This document shows, in pieces, positions 32,446-41,798 of a stretch of 64,000 nt of DNA (positions are counted from its first letter, which is position 1; every line of letters begins with the position of its first letter). The stretch lies in contig JAFSNT010000230.1 of assembly GCA_017443295.1 (NCBI GenBank), positions 1,709 to 65,708 on the forward strand, written 5' to 3'. The stretch is from Clostridia bacterium (lineage in GTDB: Bacteria > Bacillota > Clostridia > Christensenellales > Aristaeellaceae). Position numbers and translations under genes: made by a program. A model generated the notes under the pieces. It saw nothing but the letters and a program-made list of their open reading frames with translations. It had not been told where the DNA came from and did not search any database.

Positions 32446-33951
32446 TTACTGCAAATCGGTGCGGATCACGTATACGGTGACGGCCTGCATGCCCTCGGGG
32501 CGGAGATCGTAGCCCCCGTTCCGGGCCTGATCCCGGGTCTGCTCGTACAATTCAAGAATATGAAGCGCGTCGCGCTGCACGTAGGGCAGGGCCAGGGCGG
32601 CCAGCTGCTTTTCCGCGGTCTGCACGGTGGATTTCACCTTGGCGGTGCCGTTCTTTTGCAGCTTTTCCGCGTCCTTTTGCAGCGCCGCCGCGCTGTCCTT
32701 GAGGGCGATGAGACCGGCGTTCAGGGCGTCGGCGCTCTGGGCCGCCTGGGCCGCGGATTCGGTATAGGCTTTCAGGCTGTTCACGAGCTGCACGGTCTGC
32801 TCCAACTGGGCTTTCAGGGCGGCGAGCTTGGCGGTTGTGTTTTCATCCTGGCCCTGGGCGGCATTGTCCAGCGCCTGGGCGTAGTTTTCCGCCGTCAGCT
32901 CGGACACGGTGACGCCGAAAGCGGCCAATTGCGTTTGGGTAGACTGGAAAGCGGCGGAAAGCAGGGCATTGGCCTGGGCGTTCAGGGCGTCGCCGCTGGT
33001 CTGCAAGCCGTTCAGGGCGGTTTGCAGCGTTCCGGCGTTGGTCTTAGCTTCCCCGGCGCGGTTTGTCAATTCCTCCGCGCTGCCCTTGAGGGCCTGGGCG
33101 CTTTCGTCCAGCTTGACCACATTATGGTTAAAGTCGTTCACCTGGCCCAGCACGATATTGGTCTTCAGGTTTTTCAGGCCCGGCTGCATGGGCACGTCCT
33201 CCCCGTTTTTCAGGGCGGTGAGCAGGGATTCGGCCAGGGTCAGGGTGTCCCGCAGATCAATGGGCAGCCTTTCGTCGATTTCCTGGGCGGCCAGCCGGAT
33301 GGGGTCGGCGGAAATCAGGGTCATCATCCAGCTCAGATCGGCGTGATCGGCGTGGAAGGACACGGTGAAGTGATCCGGCAGGCCCAAATCCGCGTCCACC
33401 CCCGGCGCGGCGTACCCCACCAGCACCCGCTGGCCCGCTTCGGACAGGATCATGGCGTTTTCCGCATGGATATTCGTCATGCCTGCGCCGTCCAGGGGCA
33501 GCAGGGTCACGGCCAGGGCGGGCAGGGCGCTTACGGAACGGTAGGAAACGGTGAGTACCGCTTCGCCGGTCTTGTTTTTCAATTCGGCGGCGGTGACCGT
33601 TTCTCCTTCCAGGGTCAGGGAGACTGTCGGCAGGATGGCCGGAGTCTGATCGGAGGTTCCCTGGTAAACGATATCGTTCCCCTGGGCCTGCCAGATCAGG
33701 GCGTCCCCGTCCCGGGTGAAGGCTTCGTCGCCGCTCATGTTTTCAATGCCGGTCAGCAGGGAAACGTCGGCGATTTCCGAAAGCCCCTCCTTGTTTTCCA
33801 GGCGGACGCTGTCGGTCAGGCTCCGGATTTCCCCGTCGGGTCCGGCCACGATATACACCCGTTCATGCTTGATGTTTTCCCCTAAGGCGGGCGCGCAGCA
33901 GCCCATCAGAAACGCGGCGGCCAGCAGCGCGGCAAGCAGCTTTTTCATCAT
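32446..33951 (-). CDS. lipoprotein with YhgE/Pip-like coiled-coil (xxxLxxG heptad) region
   Basis: Signal peptide with lipobox FLMGC. Central Ala/Gln/Leu-rich repeats (..AGTLQTALNGLQTSGDALNAQANALL..). Downstream of the MMPL gene on the same strand. Confidence 0.6.
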   Translation of the reverse strand: MMKKLLAALLAAAFLMGCCAPALGENIKHERVYIVAGPDGEIRSLTDSVRLENKEGLSEIADVSLLTGIENMSGDEAFTRDGDALIWQAQGNDIVYQGTSDQTPAILPTVSLTLEGETVTAAELKNKTGEAVLTVSYRSVSALPALAVTLLPLDGAGMTNIHAENAMILSEAGQRVLVGYAAPGVDADLGLPDHFTVSFHADHADLSWMMTLISADPIRLAAQEIDERLPIDLRDTLTLAESLLTALKNGEDVPMQPGLKNLKTNIVLGQVNDFNHNVVKLDESAQALKGSAEELTNRAGEAKTNAGTLQTALNGLQTSGDALNAQANALLSAAFQSTQTQLAAFGVTVSELTAENYAQALDNAAQGQDENTTAKLAALKAQLEQTVQLVNSLKAYTESAAQAAQSADALNAGLIALKDSAAALQKDAEKLQKNGTAKVKSTVQTAEKQLAALALPYVQRDALHILELYEQTRDQARNGGYDLRPEGMQAVTVYVIRTDLQ

Positions 33952-33990
33952 TCAGTCCTTCTTTCTCAATCATTTCAAGGAAGCTTTACC

Positions 33991-34100
33991 GAAGGTAGGA
34001 GGTAGGAAGTAGGAGGTAGGAGGTTTTATTATGTTCATAAAAGTGCAGGGTTTCTTCCTTTTGTGGACTATATATGCTTCCTACCTCCTACTTCCTACCT
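33991..34100. repeat. heptad-arm hairpin element F (GGTAGGA/AGTAGGA flavour)
   Basis: aggtaggaagtaggaggtaggagg (34000-34023) versus the reverse complement of 34077-34100, 23/24. Confidence 0.9.
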
Positions 34101-34135
34101 GATTAAAGAGTTCTTTTCAGTGCATCTGCCAACAG

Positions 34136-36202
34136 TTACCTCGCGGCTTTCATGTCAAAAGTCGTATGAACGATCAGTTTATCCAGCAGCAGCAGCACGG
34201 CGGGCAGCAGCAGCAACACCACCGCCACAGAAATCAGCGCGCCCCGTGCGATGAGGCGGCACATGGTGGAAATGATCGCCACGTTGGAATACAGGCCCAC
34301 GCCGTAGGTGGCGGCGAAGAACCCGATGCCGCTGACCAGCACGCTTTGGGCCGAGGACGCGGTGGCCTGGTTCACGGCTTCCGCCTTATTCATGCCATTC
34401 AGGCGGTTCTGCTTGTAGCGGGTGGTGAGCAGGATGGCGTAGTCCACCGTCGCGCCCAATTGAATGGTGGAAATCAGGATCGGCCCCACGAAGGGCAATT
34501 CCTCATGCAGATAGCAGGGCACGCACAGGTTGGCGGCGATAGCCAGCTCGATGATGGCCACCAGCAGCACCGGCAGGGTCAGGGATTTTTGCACCAGCAG
34601 GATAATGACGAAAATGGCGGCGATGGAAACGAGGCTGACCACCGTGAAATCGTGGTCGGTACAGGCGATCAGGTCCTTGGTGCAGGGAGCCTCGCCGATG
34701 AGCATGCCGCCCTGGTCGTATTTCTTCAAAATCCCGTTCAGCACGTCGATCTGGGCGTTCACCTCGTCGGTGGAAATGACGTAGGCGGAATTGATCAGCA
34801 TGAGCTGATAGCGGTCGCTTTTGATAAGGGAAAGCACGTCCCCGGGCACGATGGATTCCGGGATGCCCGCGCCCAGCAGGCTGTCCACGCCGATCACGGC
34901 CTTCACCCCGTCCACCTGCCGCATTTCCTCCGTCATGGCCCGCACGTTCTTCTGGGACACGTCGGCGTCCACCAGCAGCAGGTGGGTGGTGGCCATATCG
35001 AAGGTTTCGGCCAGCTTTTTGTTGGCGATGATGGAGGGCAGCTCCTGGGGCATGACCTTGCTCATGTCGTAATACACGGGCGCGTTCATGTAGCCGTAAA
35101 ACGCCGGAACGATCATCAGGGCCAGCACCGCGCACAGCGCCTTATAATGCTTGCTGACGAAGCTGCCTAAGAAATGCAGGTTGGGCAGCAGGGGCTTGTG
35201 GCTGGTTTTTTCGATGGCCCCGTCCAGGGCGCGAATCACGCAGGGCAGCAGCACCACCGTGCCCAGCACGCCCAGCACCACGCCCTTGCTCATGACCACG
35301 CCCAGATCCCGGCCTAAGGTGAAGCTCATGAAGCAGATGGAAATGAAGCCCGCCACGGTGGTCAGGCTGGAGCCGAGGATGGAGGTGAAGGTCAGGCGGA
35401 TGGCGTTTGCCATGGCCTCGTCCTTATCGTTGGTCAATTGCTTTTGCTCCTTGTAGCTGTGCCACAGGAAAATGGAATAGTCCAACGTGACGCCCAGTTG
35501 CAGCACAGCGGCCACGGCCTTGGTGATGTAGCTGATTTCCCCGAAGAAGTAATTGGTGCCCATGTTGTACAGCACGGAAACGCCGATGCAGCACAGGAAA
35601 ATCAGCGGCAGCAAGAAGGAATCCATGGTGAGCGTCAGCACCAGGGCGCACAGCGCCACGGCGATGCCCACGTAGATGGCTTCCTGATCCTCCACCAATT
35701 GCTTGGTATCCGTCACCACGGCGGACAGGCCGCACACGAAGCACTTTTCCCCCGCCACGGCCCGCACCCGCCGAATGGCCTCCATGGTTTCCTCGGCGGA
35801 GGAGCCCGAATCAAAGAACACGGCGGACAGCATGCAGTCCCCCCGCTGAAACAGCTCCCGGTAGTCGGTGGGAATGATTTCCACCGGCAGCGCGCCCTTT
35901 GTGATGGAGGCATAGCCGATCACCGATTCCACGTGGGGGATCTCCCGGATGGCGTTTTCCATTTGCTCCTGCTCCCGAAGGGGCATGCCCTCCGTGATCA
36001 GCAGGGAGAAAGCGCCCTTGCCGAAATCCTGCAACAGGATTTCCTGCCCCCGCACCGTTTCCAGCTCCTGGGGCAGATAATACAGCAGATCGTATTTGGT
36101 CTTGGTGGCGGCCATACCCAGCGCCGAGGGGATCATAAGCAGCAGGCATATCACGATCACCAGCGCGCGGCGTCGCACCAGCCATTTGGCAAAGCCCTTC
36201 AC
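34136..36202 (-). CDS. MMPL-family (RND superfamily) membrane transporter
   Basis: GTG start with AGGGAGG 8 nt upstream. 688 aa, two 6-TM bundles each preceded by a large loop. Confidence 0.85.
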   Translation of the reverse strand: MKGFAKWLVRRRALVIVICLLLMIPSALGMAATKTKYDLLYYLPQELETVRGQEILLQDFGKGAFSLLITEGMPLREQEQMENAIREIPHVESVIGYASITKGALPVEIIPTDYRELFQRGDCMLSAVFFDSGSSAEETMEAIRRVRAVAGEKCFVCGLSAVVTDTKQLVEDQEAIYVGIAVALCALVLTLTMDSFLLPLIFLCCIGVSVLYNMGTNYFFGEISYITKAVAAVLQLGVTLDYSIFLWHSYKEQKQLTNDKDEAMANAIRLTFTSILGSSLTTVAGFISICFMSFTLGRDLGVVMSKGVVLGVLGTVVLLPCVIRALDGAIEKTSHKPLLPNLHFLGSFVSKHYKALCAVLALMIVPAFYGYMNAPVYYDMSKVMPQELPSIIANKKLAETFDMATTHLLLVDADVSQKNVRAMTEEMRQVDGVKAVIGVDSLLGAGIPESIVPGDVLSLIKSDRYQLMLINSAYVISTDEVNAQIDVLNGILKKYDQGGMLIGEAPCTKDLIACTDHDFTVVSLVSIAAIFVIILLVQKSLTLPVLLVAIIELAIAANLCVPCYLHEELPFVGPILISTIQLGATVDYAILLTTRYKQNRLNGMNKAEAVNQATASSAQSVLVSGIGFFAATYGVGLYSNVAIISTMCRLIARGALISVAVVLLLLPAVLLLLDKLIVHTTFDMKAAR

Positions 36203-36238
36203 TTTGTTTTCCTCCCTTTCGAGTTACAAAACATTGTG

Positions 36239-36267
36239 TTGACTTTCTCAACGTTAAGTATTATAAT
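36239..36267 (+). promoter_or_regulatory. promoter of the TetR gene
   Basis: TTGACT, 17 nt, TATAAT. Confidence 0.55.
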
Positions 36268-36283
36268 ATATCTCGCGGTGGAA

Positions 36284-36308
36284 ATCAATAACCAATTTGA
36301 TTATTGAT
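36284..36308. promoter_or_regulatory. candidate TetR operator (8-bp perfect inverted repeat, 9-nt spacer)
   Basis: ATCAATAA ccaatttga TTATTGAT, between the promoter and the tetR start in the MMPL/tetR divergent region. Confidence 0.45.
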
Positions 36309-36390
36309 CGTCCGATAAGCGGCATGCAGTTGGAATCGTGGCTGTTATCCGACACATATGCCGCGCATTGTTGAGAAAGAAGGCCAAACC

Positions 36391-36972
36391 ATGGAGCAGG
36401 AAAAAAAGGAAGACAGGCGCGTGCGCCGCACCAAAAAGCTGCTGACCCAGGCCCTGACCCAGCTTTTGCAGGAAAAGCAGGCCAAGGAAATCACGGTCAA
36501 GGAGCTGACCGAGCTGGCGGACATGAACCGGGGCACCTTTTACCTATACTATAAAGACATTTTCGATATGCTGGAAAAAATCGAGGACAGCTTATTTGAA
36601 GCCCTGGACGCCATTGTGGCCCGCCACGAGGAAGAAGCCTTTTCCGCGAAAACCAAGCCCATGCTGCTGGACTTGTTCACCTTCGTTCAGGAAAACCAGG
36701 AAATGTGCCGGGTGCTGCTCAGCGCCAACGGCGATATGAATTTCCTGCACCGGCTGAACGAGGTGGTGCGGGAAAAATGCCGCAGCGTCTGGCTGGCCCT
36801 GCGCAAAGGCCGGGACGACGACGCTTTTGACTACCATTACAGCTTCGTCGTCTTCGGCTGCGCCGGGCTGATCCGCGCCTGGGTGAACCGGGGCTGCCCC
36901 GAAACGGCGGCGGAAATGGCTGAGCTGGCTGACCGCATGATCCAGCGCGGCAGCCTGACGGATATGGAATAA
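36391..36972 (+). CDS. TetR/AcrR-family transcriptional regulator
   Basis: MEQEKKEDRRVRRTKKLLTQALTQLLQEKQAKEITVKELTELADMNRGTFYLYY is a TetR HTH. Divergent from the MMPL gene. Confidence 0.85.
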   Translation: MEQEKKEDRRVRRTKKLLTQALTQLLQEKQAKEITVKELTELADMNRGTFYLYYKDIFDMLEKIEDSLFEALDAIVARHEEEAFSAKTKPMLLDLFTFVQENQEMCRVLLSANGDMNFLHRLNEVVREKCRSVWLALRKGRDDDAFDYHYSFVVFGCAGLIRAWVNRGCPETAAEMAELADRMIQRGSLTDME

Positions 36973-37158
36973 AACCTCCGGGGGCACGGCTCACGCACGA
37001 ATGAGAAATTGAAATATGACGGGGATACGCTGGGCGCTCCGCGCGCCCAGACCTGCGTCAGGGGCGTGACGCCCCTGAACCCCCACCTGGCGAAGCAGCT
37101 TGCAAGACTATACCGAACAAGCGCCGCCTGCCGCGCTGGGGTTTACGAAAGCATGACG

Positions 37159-37284
37159 GCTTCTGGCCCAAGAAAGCCGGGAAAATCCCAGGGAAAAAGC
37201 TCGCTTTTTCCTCGGGATTATTCCCTGGCTTTCCCCGGATGCTTCGCATCCGGGTTGGCCGCCAAAGGCGGCCGGGCCAGAAGC
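37159..37284. repeat. cloverleaf-like composite element, copy 2 (inverted relative to copy 3)
   Basis: Outer stem gcttctggccc/gggccagaagc. The same three hairpin modules appear in reversed order. Confidence 0.85.
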
Positions 37285-37396
37285 ACAAGACCGTCAAGTT
37301 TTGCTATCCTTTTCATGCAACAGCGGGAACCATGTTGTCTCTACCCATCGAGTAATTTCCGCAGGAGAAGGTGCAGGGGATCATCCCCTGCCGCCG

Positions 37397-37421
37397 GGTC
37401 TGGGGCCGCGGAGGCCCCAGC
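37397..37421. repeat. GGGTCTGGGGCCGCGGAGGCCCCAG hairpin
   Basis: 25-mer identical to 43080-43104. Confidence 0.9.
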
Positions 37422-37494
37422 GGTTCCCTCTCTCCAACAAATCTCAACAGGCCGCGCCCGAAACGGACGCGGCCTGTTGTTTGCTGTAAAGAGC

Positions 37495-38313
37495 TTATTC
37501 GGCGGGCACGGTGAACACGGGGGCGAAGCCGCTGTCCACGATCAGATCGTACACTTTCTGGGTGTAAACGACCTTTTCCAGGGCCTTGACGAAATCGGCC
37601 TCGGCGTTTTCGGGCCGCACGGCGAAGATATTCACATAGGCTTCGGCAGCTTGGGAGCCGGGCTGTTCAAAGTACACGGCGTCCTTACCGGGGTTCAGGC
37701 CGTTCTGGGAGGCGTAGTTGCCGTTGATGACGGCGAAAGCGCCGCCTTCACGCAGACGGGGGGTCAGCTCGGCGTTCACATCCTGGAACTCCAGGCCCTT
37801 GGGGTTGCCCACGTCGTACTTGGTCACGGTGCTTTCCAGGGTGGTGCCTTCGGGCAGTTCCACCAGACCGGCGTCCGCCAGCAGAATGAAAGCGCGGGTC
37901 ATGTTCACGGGATCGTTGGGCACATAGATGATGTCGCCTTCGGTCAGTTCGTCCAGGCTGGTCTTCTGGCCGGGATAGATGCCCATGGGTTCAAAGTGGG
38001 TGGGCACCACCATGACGAGCTGTTTGTCCGCTTCCACGGATTCATTGTAGCCGTTCAGATAGGGGATGTGCTGGAAGAAGTTGGCCAGGGTGTCGCCCGC
38101 GGCAGTGGAAGGATTCTCGGTGGTGTAGTCGTTGCAGGGCGCGCCCAGCTCCAGTTCAAAGCCCAGGGCAGCCAGATCGTCCCGCACCAGCTCCAGGATC
38201 TCATAGTGGGGGTTGGCGGTAGCGATAATGGGCAGGGTTTCCGCCACGGCGGACGCGGCGCCCAGCGCCAGGATCAGGGCCAGCAGGATGGCAAGAGTCT
38301 TTTTCATAGTCAT
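37495..38313 (-). CDS. metQ: methionine ABC transporter substrate-binding protein (MetQ/NlpA family)
   Basis: Signal peptide MTMKKTLAILLALILALGAASAVA. NlpA-family pattern. Last gene of the metN-metI-metQ order. Confidence 0.85.
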   Translation of the reverse strand: MTMKKTLAILLALILALGAASAVAETLPIIATANPHYEILELVRDDLAALGFELELGAPCNDYTTENPSTAAGDTLANFFQHIPYLNGYNESVEADKQLVMVVPTHFEPMGIYPGQKTSLDELTEGDIIYVPNDPVNMTRAFILLADAGLVELPEGTTLESTVTKYDVGNPKGLEFQDVNAELTPRLREGGAFAVINGNYASQNGLNPGKDAVYFEQPGSQAAEAYVNIFAVRPENAEADFVKALEKVVYTQKVYDLIVDSGFAPVFTVPAE

Positions 38314-38358
38314 ATCCTCCTTAAATATTTATATTCAAGCTTGCGCTTAAATAACGGT

Positions 38359-39117
38359 TTATCGAATGCGGTGGTCGTGCTTGCGGGACAGTGACGTGCC
38401 CAGCATGGTGATGATCTGCACCAGCACCACCAGCAAAATACTGGCGGCATACATGATGTCGTACTGGCGGTAGGACAGGCCGTACACCACCGCCGTAGCG
38501 CCTAAGCCGCCGCCGGCGGCCACGCTGGCCATGGTGGTGTAGCCAAGGATGGTGGTCATGCAGATGGCAAAGCCGTTGATGAGGGAGGGCTTGGCCTCCG
38601 GCAGCAGCACCTTATGCACGATTTGCCACGTGCTGCTTCCCATGGCCTTGGCCGCCTCGATCACGCCGCCGTCCACCTCCATCAGGCTCCCTTCCACCAT
38701 GCGCGCCACGTAGGGGAAGGCGGAAATGGTGAGGGGGAAGGAGATGGTGACGGTGCCGGTCATGCGGCCGGTGACCGCCAGGGTGGTATCCAGCAGCATC
38801 ACCAAAAGGATAATGAACGGGATGGAGCGCAGGAAATTTACCACGGTGCCCAGCACCATATTCAGCCGGGGCATGGGCTTGATGCCGTTTTTCCGGGTGA
38901 TCACCAGCACCACGCCCAAGGCCAGGCCGATGATGTAGGAAAGGATGGTGGAAAGCAGCATCATGTAAATGGTTTCGCCGAAGGCGGGCCACAGGATCTT
39001 CCAGGAGCGCTGATAGACGAAGCTGAACACCGTGCGGTACAGGAAATCGCCTAAGCCGTTCCAGCCGTCCATGCACACCTTGTAGGGCGCCTGCCAGAAA
39101 ATGTGGGACCAGTTCAT
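38359..39117 (-). CDS. metI: methionine ABC transporter permease
   Basis: 5-TM MetI-type permease. ATGA overlap with the metN stop. Confidence 0.85.
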   Translation of the reverse strand: MNWSHIFWQAPYKVCMDGWNGLGDFLYRTVFSFVYQRSWKILWPAFGETIYMMLLSTILSYIIGLALGVVLVITRKNGIKPMPRLNMVLGTVVNFLRSIPFIILLVMLLDTTLAVTGRMTGTVTISFPLTISAFPYVARMVEGSLMEVDGGVIEAAKAMGSSTWQIVHKVLLPEAKPSLINGFAICMTTILGYTTMASVAAGGGLGATAVVYGLSYRQYDIMYAASILLVVLVQIITMLGTSLSRKHDHRIR

Positions 39118-40181
39118 GCTTCCCCCACCTCCTTCACGGTCAGGCCCTGTTCCTTCAAATAGGAAATTACCTGATTTTTCACCACGGGATCGTCCGGCGA
39201 TTCGATCAGCATTTGGCCGTAGGGCTTGCCGTTGATGGGCTTGATGTCGGCGGACAGGATGTTCACGTCCACCCCGCAGTTTTTCACCAGCCCGGCGATG
39301 ATAGGCATGCCCTCCTGGCCGCCCTCAAACACGATGCGCAGGGCGGGCACGTCGGAAACGGCGTCGTCCTCCTGGGCGGGCAGGATGCCGAAGAGCCGCT
39401 TGCCCGCCGCGCTGCGGGTGTGAACGAACACGTCGTCCACCGTGCCTTCCTCGGCGATGCGGCCCCCGTCTAAGATCGCCACCCGGTTGCAGATTTGCCG
39501 GATGACCGCCATTTCATGGGTGATCAGCACCACGGTGATGCCCATGTTCCTGTTGATGTCCTGGAGCAGGGCTAAGATGGATTGGGTGGTCATGGGGTCC
39601 AGGGCGCTGGTGGCCTCGTCGCACAGCAGCACTTCGGGATCGGAGGCCAGGGCACGGGCGATGGCCACGCGCTGGCGCTGGCCGCCGGACAATTGGATGG
39701 GATAAGCGTCGGCCTTGCTTTCCAGCTCCACCAGGGAGAGAAGGGCCTTAACCCGGGTATTGGCTTTGGCCTTGGGCACTCCCGCCAAATCCAGGGGGTA
39801 ACGCACGTTCTGGGCCACGGTTTTCTGCATCAGCAGATTGAAGGACTGGAAGATCATGCTCACCTTGCGGCGCATAGCCATGAGCTGTTTGCCGTTCATG
39901 GTCAGGATATTCTGGCCGTCGATGAGGATTTCGCCGTCGGTGGGCGTGTCCAGCCGGTTCAGGCACCGGATCAGGGTGCTTTTCCCCGCGCCGCTCATGC
40001 CGATGATGCCGTAAATGGAGCCGCGCTGGATGTTCAGGTCGATACCGTCCAGGGCCACGACCTCGCCCCCGGGCACGGCGTACACCTTGCGCAGGCCCTT
40101 TACCTGAATCAGGGGCTTACAGGGGGCTTCCGCCTCCAAGATTTCCGGGACTTCCTGGGTATTCGCTTCGGACAAATGCAT
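39114..40181 (-). CDS. metN: methionine ABC transporter ATP-binding protein with C-terminal NIL domain
   Basis: Walker A GMSGAGKST, signature LSGGQRQR, NIL-like C-terminus. Confidence 0.9.
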   Translation of the reverse strand: MHLSEANTQEVPEILEAEAPCKPLIQVKGLRKVYAVPGGEVVALDGIDLNIQRGSIYGIIGMSGAGKSTLIRCLNRLDTPTDGEILIDGQNILTMNGKQLMAMRRKVSMIFQSFNLLMQKTVAQNVRYPLDLAGVPKAKANTRVKALLSLVELESKADAYPIQLSGGQRQRVAIARALASDPEVLLCDEATSALDPMTTQSILALLQDINRNMGITVVLITHEMAVIRQICNRVAILDGGRIAEEGTVDDVFVHTRSAAGKRLFGILPAQEDDAVSDVPALRIVFEGGQEGMPIIAGLVKNCGVDVNILSADIKPINGKPYGQMLIESPDDPVVKNQVISYLKEQGLTVKEVGEA

Positions 40182-40247
40182 GCATTCCTTTCGGATTCTG
40201 TGTTCCTCTCCGGCCAGGGCACGTCTGCCCCGGCGCGGCCCGCATCC

Positions 40248-40280
40248 AGAAAAACCCGCTCCGCGCAGCTGCGAAGCGGG
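40248..40280 (-). terminator. leader terminator (attenuator) inside the metNIQ 5' UTR
   Basis: On the minus strand: cccgcttcgc agctgc gcggagcggg, a 10-bp stem followed by TTTTTCT, about 70 nt upstream of the metN ATG. Confidence 0.6.
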
Positions 40281-40413
40281 CTTAACGAACGAAATCGGGC
40301 GTCAAGCGGCGCAAAGCAAACAGCGCGTGGGGCAGTGCCCGCGCAGGGACATTCGCATCATACACCGTTCCATGGGGCACGCTCCTTTCCGGCTGTCGCC
40401 GCTGACTGGGTCT

Positions 40414-40443
40414 ATTATAAGGGATGGGGGCTTTTTGTGTCAA
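40414..40443 (-). promoter_or_regulatory. promoter of the metNIQ operon
   Basis: On the minus strand: TTGACA, 18 nt, TATAAT. Predicts a leader of about 225 nt. Confidence 0.6.
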
Positions 40444-40504
40444 GGGCTTGAAGCTGTACTATAATTGTATTACCAGCTATAGATTTTAGCTATATGTTTT
40501 AGCG

Positions 40505-40518
40505 CACAGAGTTCAGAT
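40505..40518. repeat. truncated heptad hairpin (left-arm end of E flavour only)
   Basis: cacagagttcagat plus the loop start atttatatggtc resembles 22389-22412. No right arm nearby. Lies at the left edge of the low-GC segment. Confidence 0.55.
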
Positions 40519-40569
40519 TTATATGGTCGATCAATTTGAGCATTTTCGCGTCACAAAACCCGCATGGGC

Positions 40570-41235
40570 TTATTCTTCCATCAACTCATGCGAAGCCAGC
40601 TTTGCTTCACCCGCGTCAATTTGGGAAGTAATGCGTTCCAAATGGGCAAGGTTCGCATCCGAGCAAAATGGGTCAATGGATTCTTTTAGAACTTTTCGCA
40701 TGACCGCCTGCCCGTTTTCCCTCGCCACCTCAACAAATCCTGCTTTTTGATAAAGGCGAACAGGTCCTTGATAATCGAAGTCATTCCGTTTATCAGAAAG
40801 TTTAGGGTATCCTTCAACAGCCGCGTATCCCTTTGCTTTCGCGTCCTTGCAAACGCTGTCGATCAACGCGGAAGCGACGCCCATACCTCGATATGCGGGC
40901 GCGATTTCAAAGCAAACAATGGAAACGGTTTTTCCGCAGGGATTCTTCCTGGCGAATTCCGGAACGAACCCGGCATAGCTTTCCATATCCGCCGCGTTGC
41001 ACCATCCAACGGGCAGCTTTCCGTCATAAGCCAAATAGCCTTGAATCTTGTTCCTGTTCAGCATGTCCACGGCGTATTTCCGCAGCGTAGCTTTTACGCC
41101 AAAGGTTTGAAACTCGCTGACCATCCGCTTGATTTCTTCTTCATCCTGATTGGGGGACGTGCAATAGCATGGCCCGTTGGGATTATCATCCGTAAACGCG
41201 CGATGATCGAAAAAATCCAGATAATCCGCATACAA
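40570..41235 (-). CDS. GNAT-family N-acetyltransferase (low-GC gene)
   Basis: 221 aa with a GNAT core (..FEIAPAYRGMGVASALI..). Clearly more AT-rich than the flanking genes. Confidence 0.7.
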   Translation of the reverse strand: MYADYLDFFDHRAFTDDNPNGPCYCTSPNQDEEEIKRMVSEFQTFGVKATLRKYAVDMLNRNKIQGYLAYDGKLPVGWCNAADMESYAGFVPEFARKNPCGKTVSIVCFEIAPAYRGMGVASALIDSVCKDAKAKGYAAVEGYPKLSDKRNDFDYQGPVRLYQKAGFVEVARENGQAVMRKVLKESIDPFCSDANLAHLERITSQIDAGEAKLASHELMEE

Positions 41236-41798
41236 TGCCGGGGGTCAAAGGTTTGATAACGATTTCTTTCACGAACGTATGCCCTCCGAAGTAAATTCCG
41301 CTTCATCCGACAGCATTTTAGCACATCTTCCCCCGCCCCGCAAGGCGCCGCAAAAAAAGCATGGGAACGGTTTTCTGTGCATTGCCGCAAGCACGGATGG
41401 CAGTATAGAAAACCGCCTTCTATCCATGCGAAAAAAAAATTCATTCTCCCATGCTACAAAAAAAGCGCCACTGGCTGAACAGTGACGCAGCTTTCAAATA
41501 CTTGCAATTATAGGTCGTTGTTTCTCCGTTGATTAGATTCTTCTTGTATGGTAATATCTTTTCCAATCAAAGTTTGAAATTCAGCCTTACTGAAAAGCCT
41601 ATACCCGATATGCAAGAATGGATTGCTCGTAGAACTATAAACGGAAATATGCATGTCAATCAGCAAATAGCAATCATCAAAATGCACAGGGGACGGTTCT
41701 CTGTGTTGACCACCGTACTTGCGGCAATGCACATAGAACCGTCCCCTGTGTTCCTTTTCAAGATTCTACACAACAATAACTGAAAAAGAATAAGGAGC

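Noticed and set aside
31351-33885. 844-aa plus-strand ORF
   Set aside because: It is antisense across both the M18 aminopeptidase and the lipoprotein genes and is Gly/His/Val/Gln-rich low complexity.
37009-38394. 461-aa plus-strand ORF
   Set aside because: Its N-terminal part is translation of the REP/cloverleaf repeat block and the remainder is antisense to metQ.
40182-40410. SAM-I (S-box) riboswitch or Met T-box upstream of metN
   Set aside because: The expected core sequences were not found by eye: GAGGGA, GCAACC and GGTGCTAA for SAM-I, and TGGTACCGCG for T-box. It is kept only as an unclassified leader.
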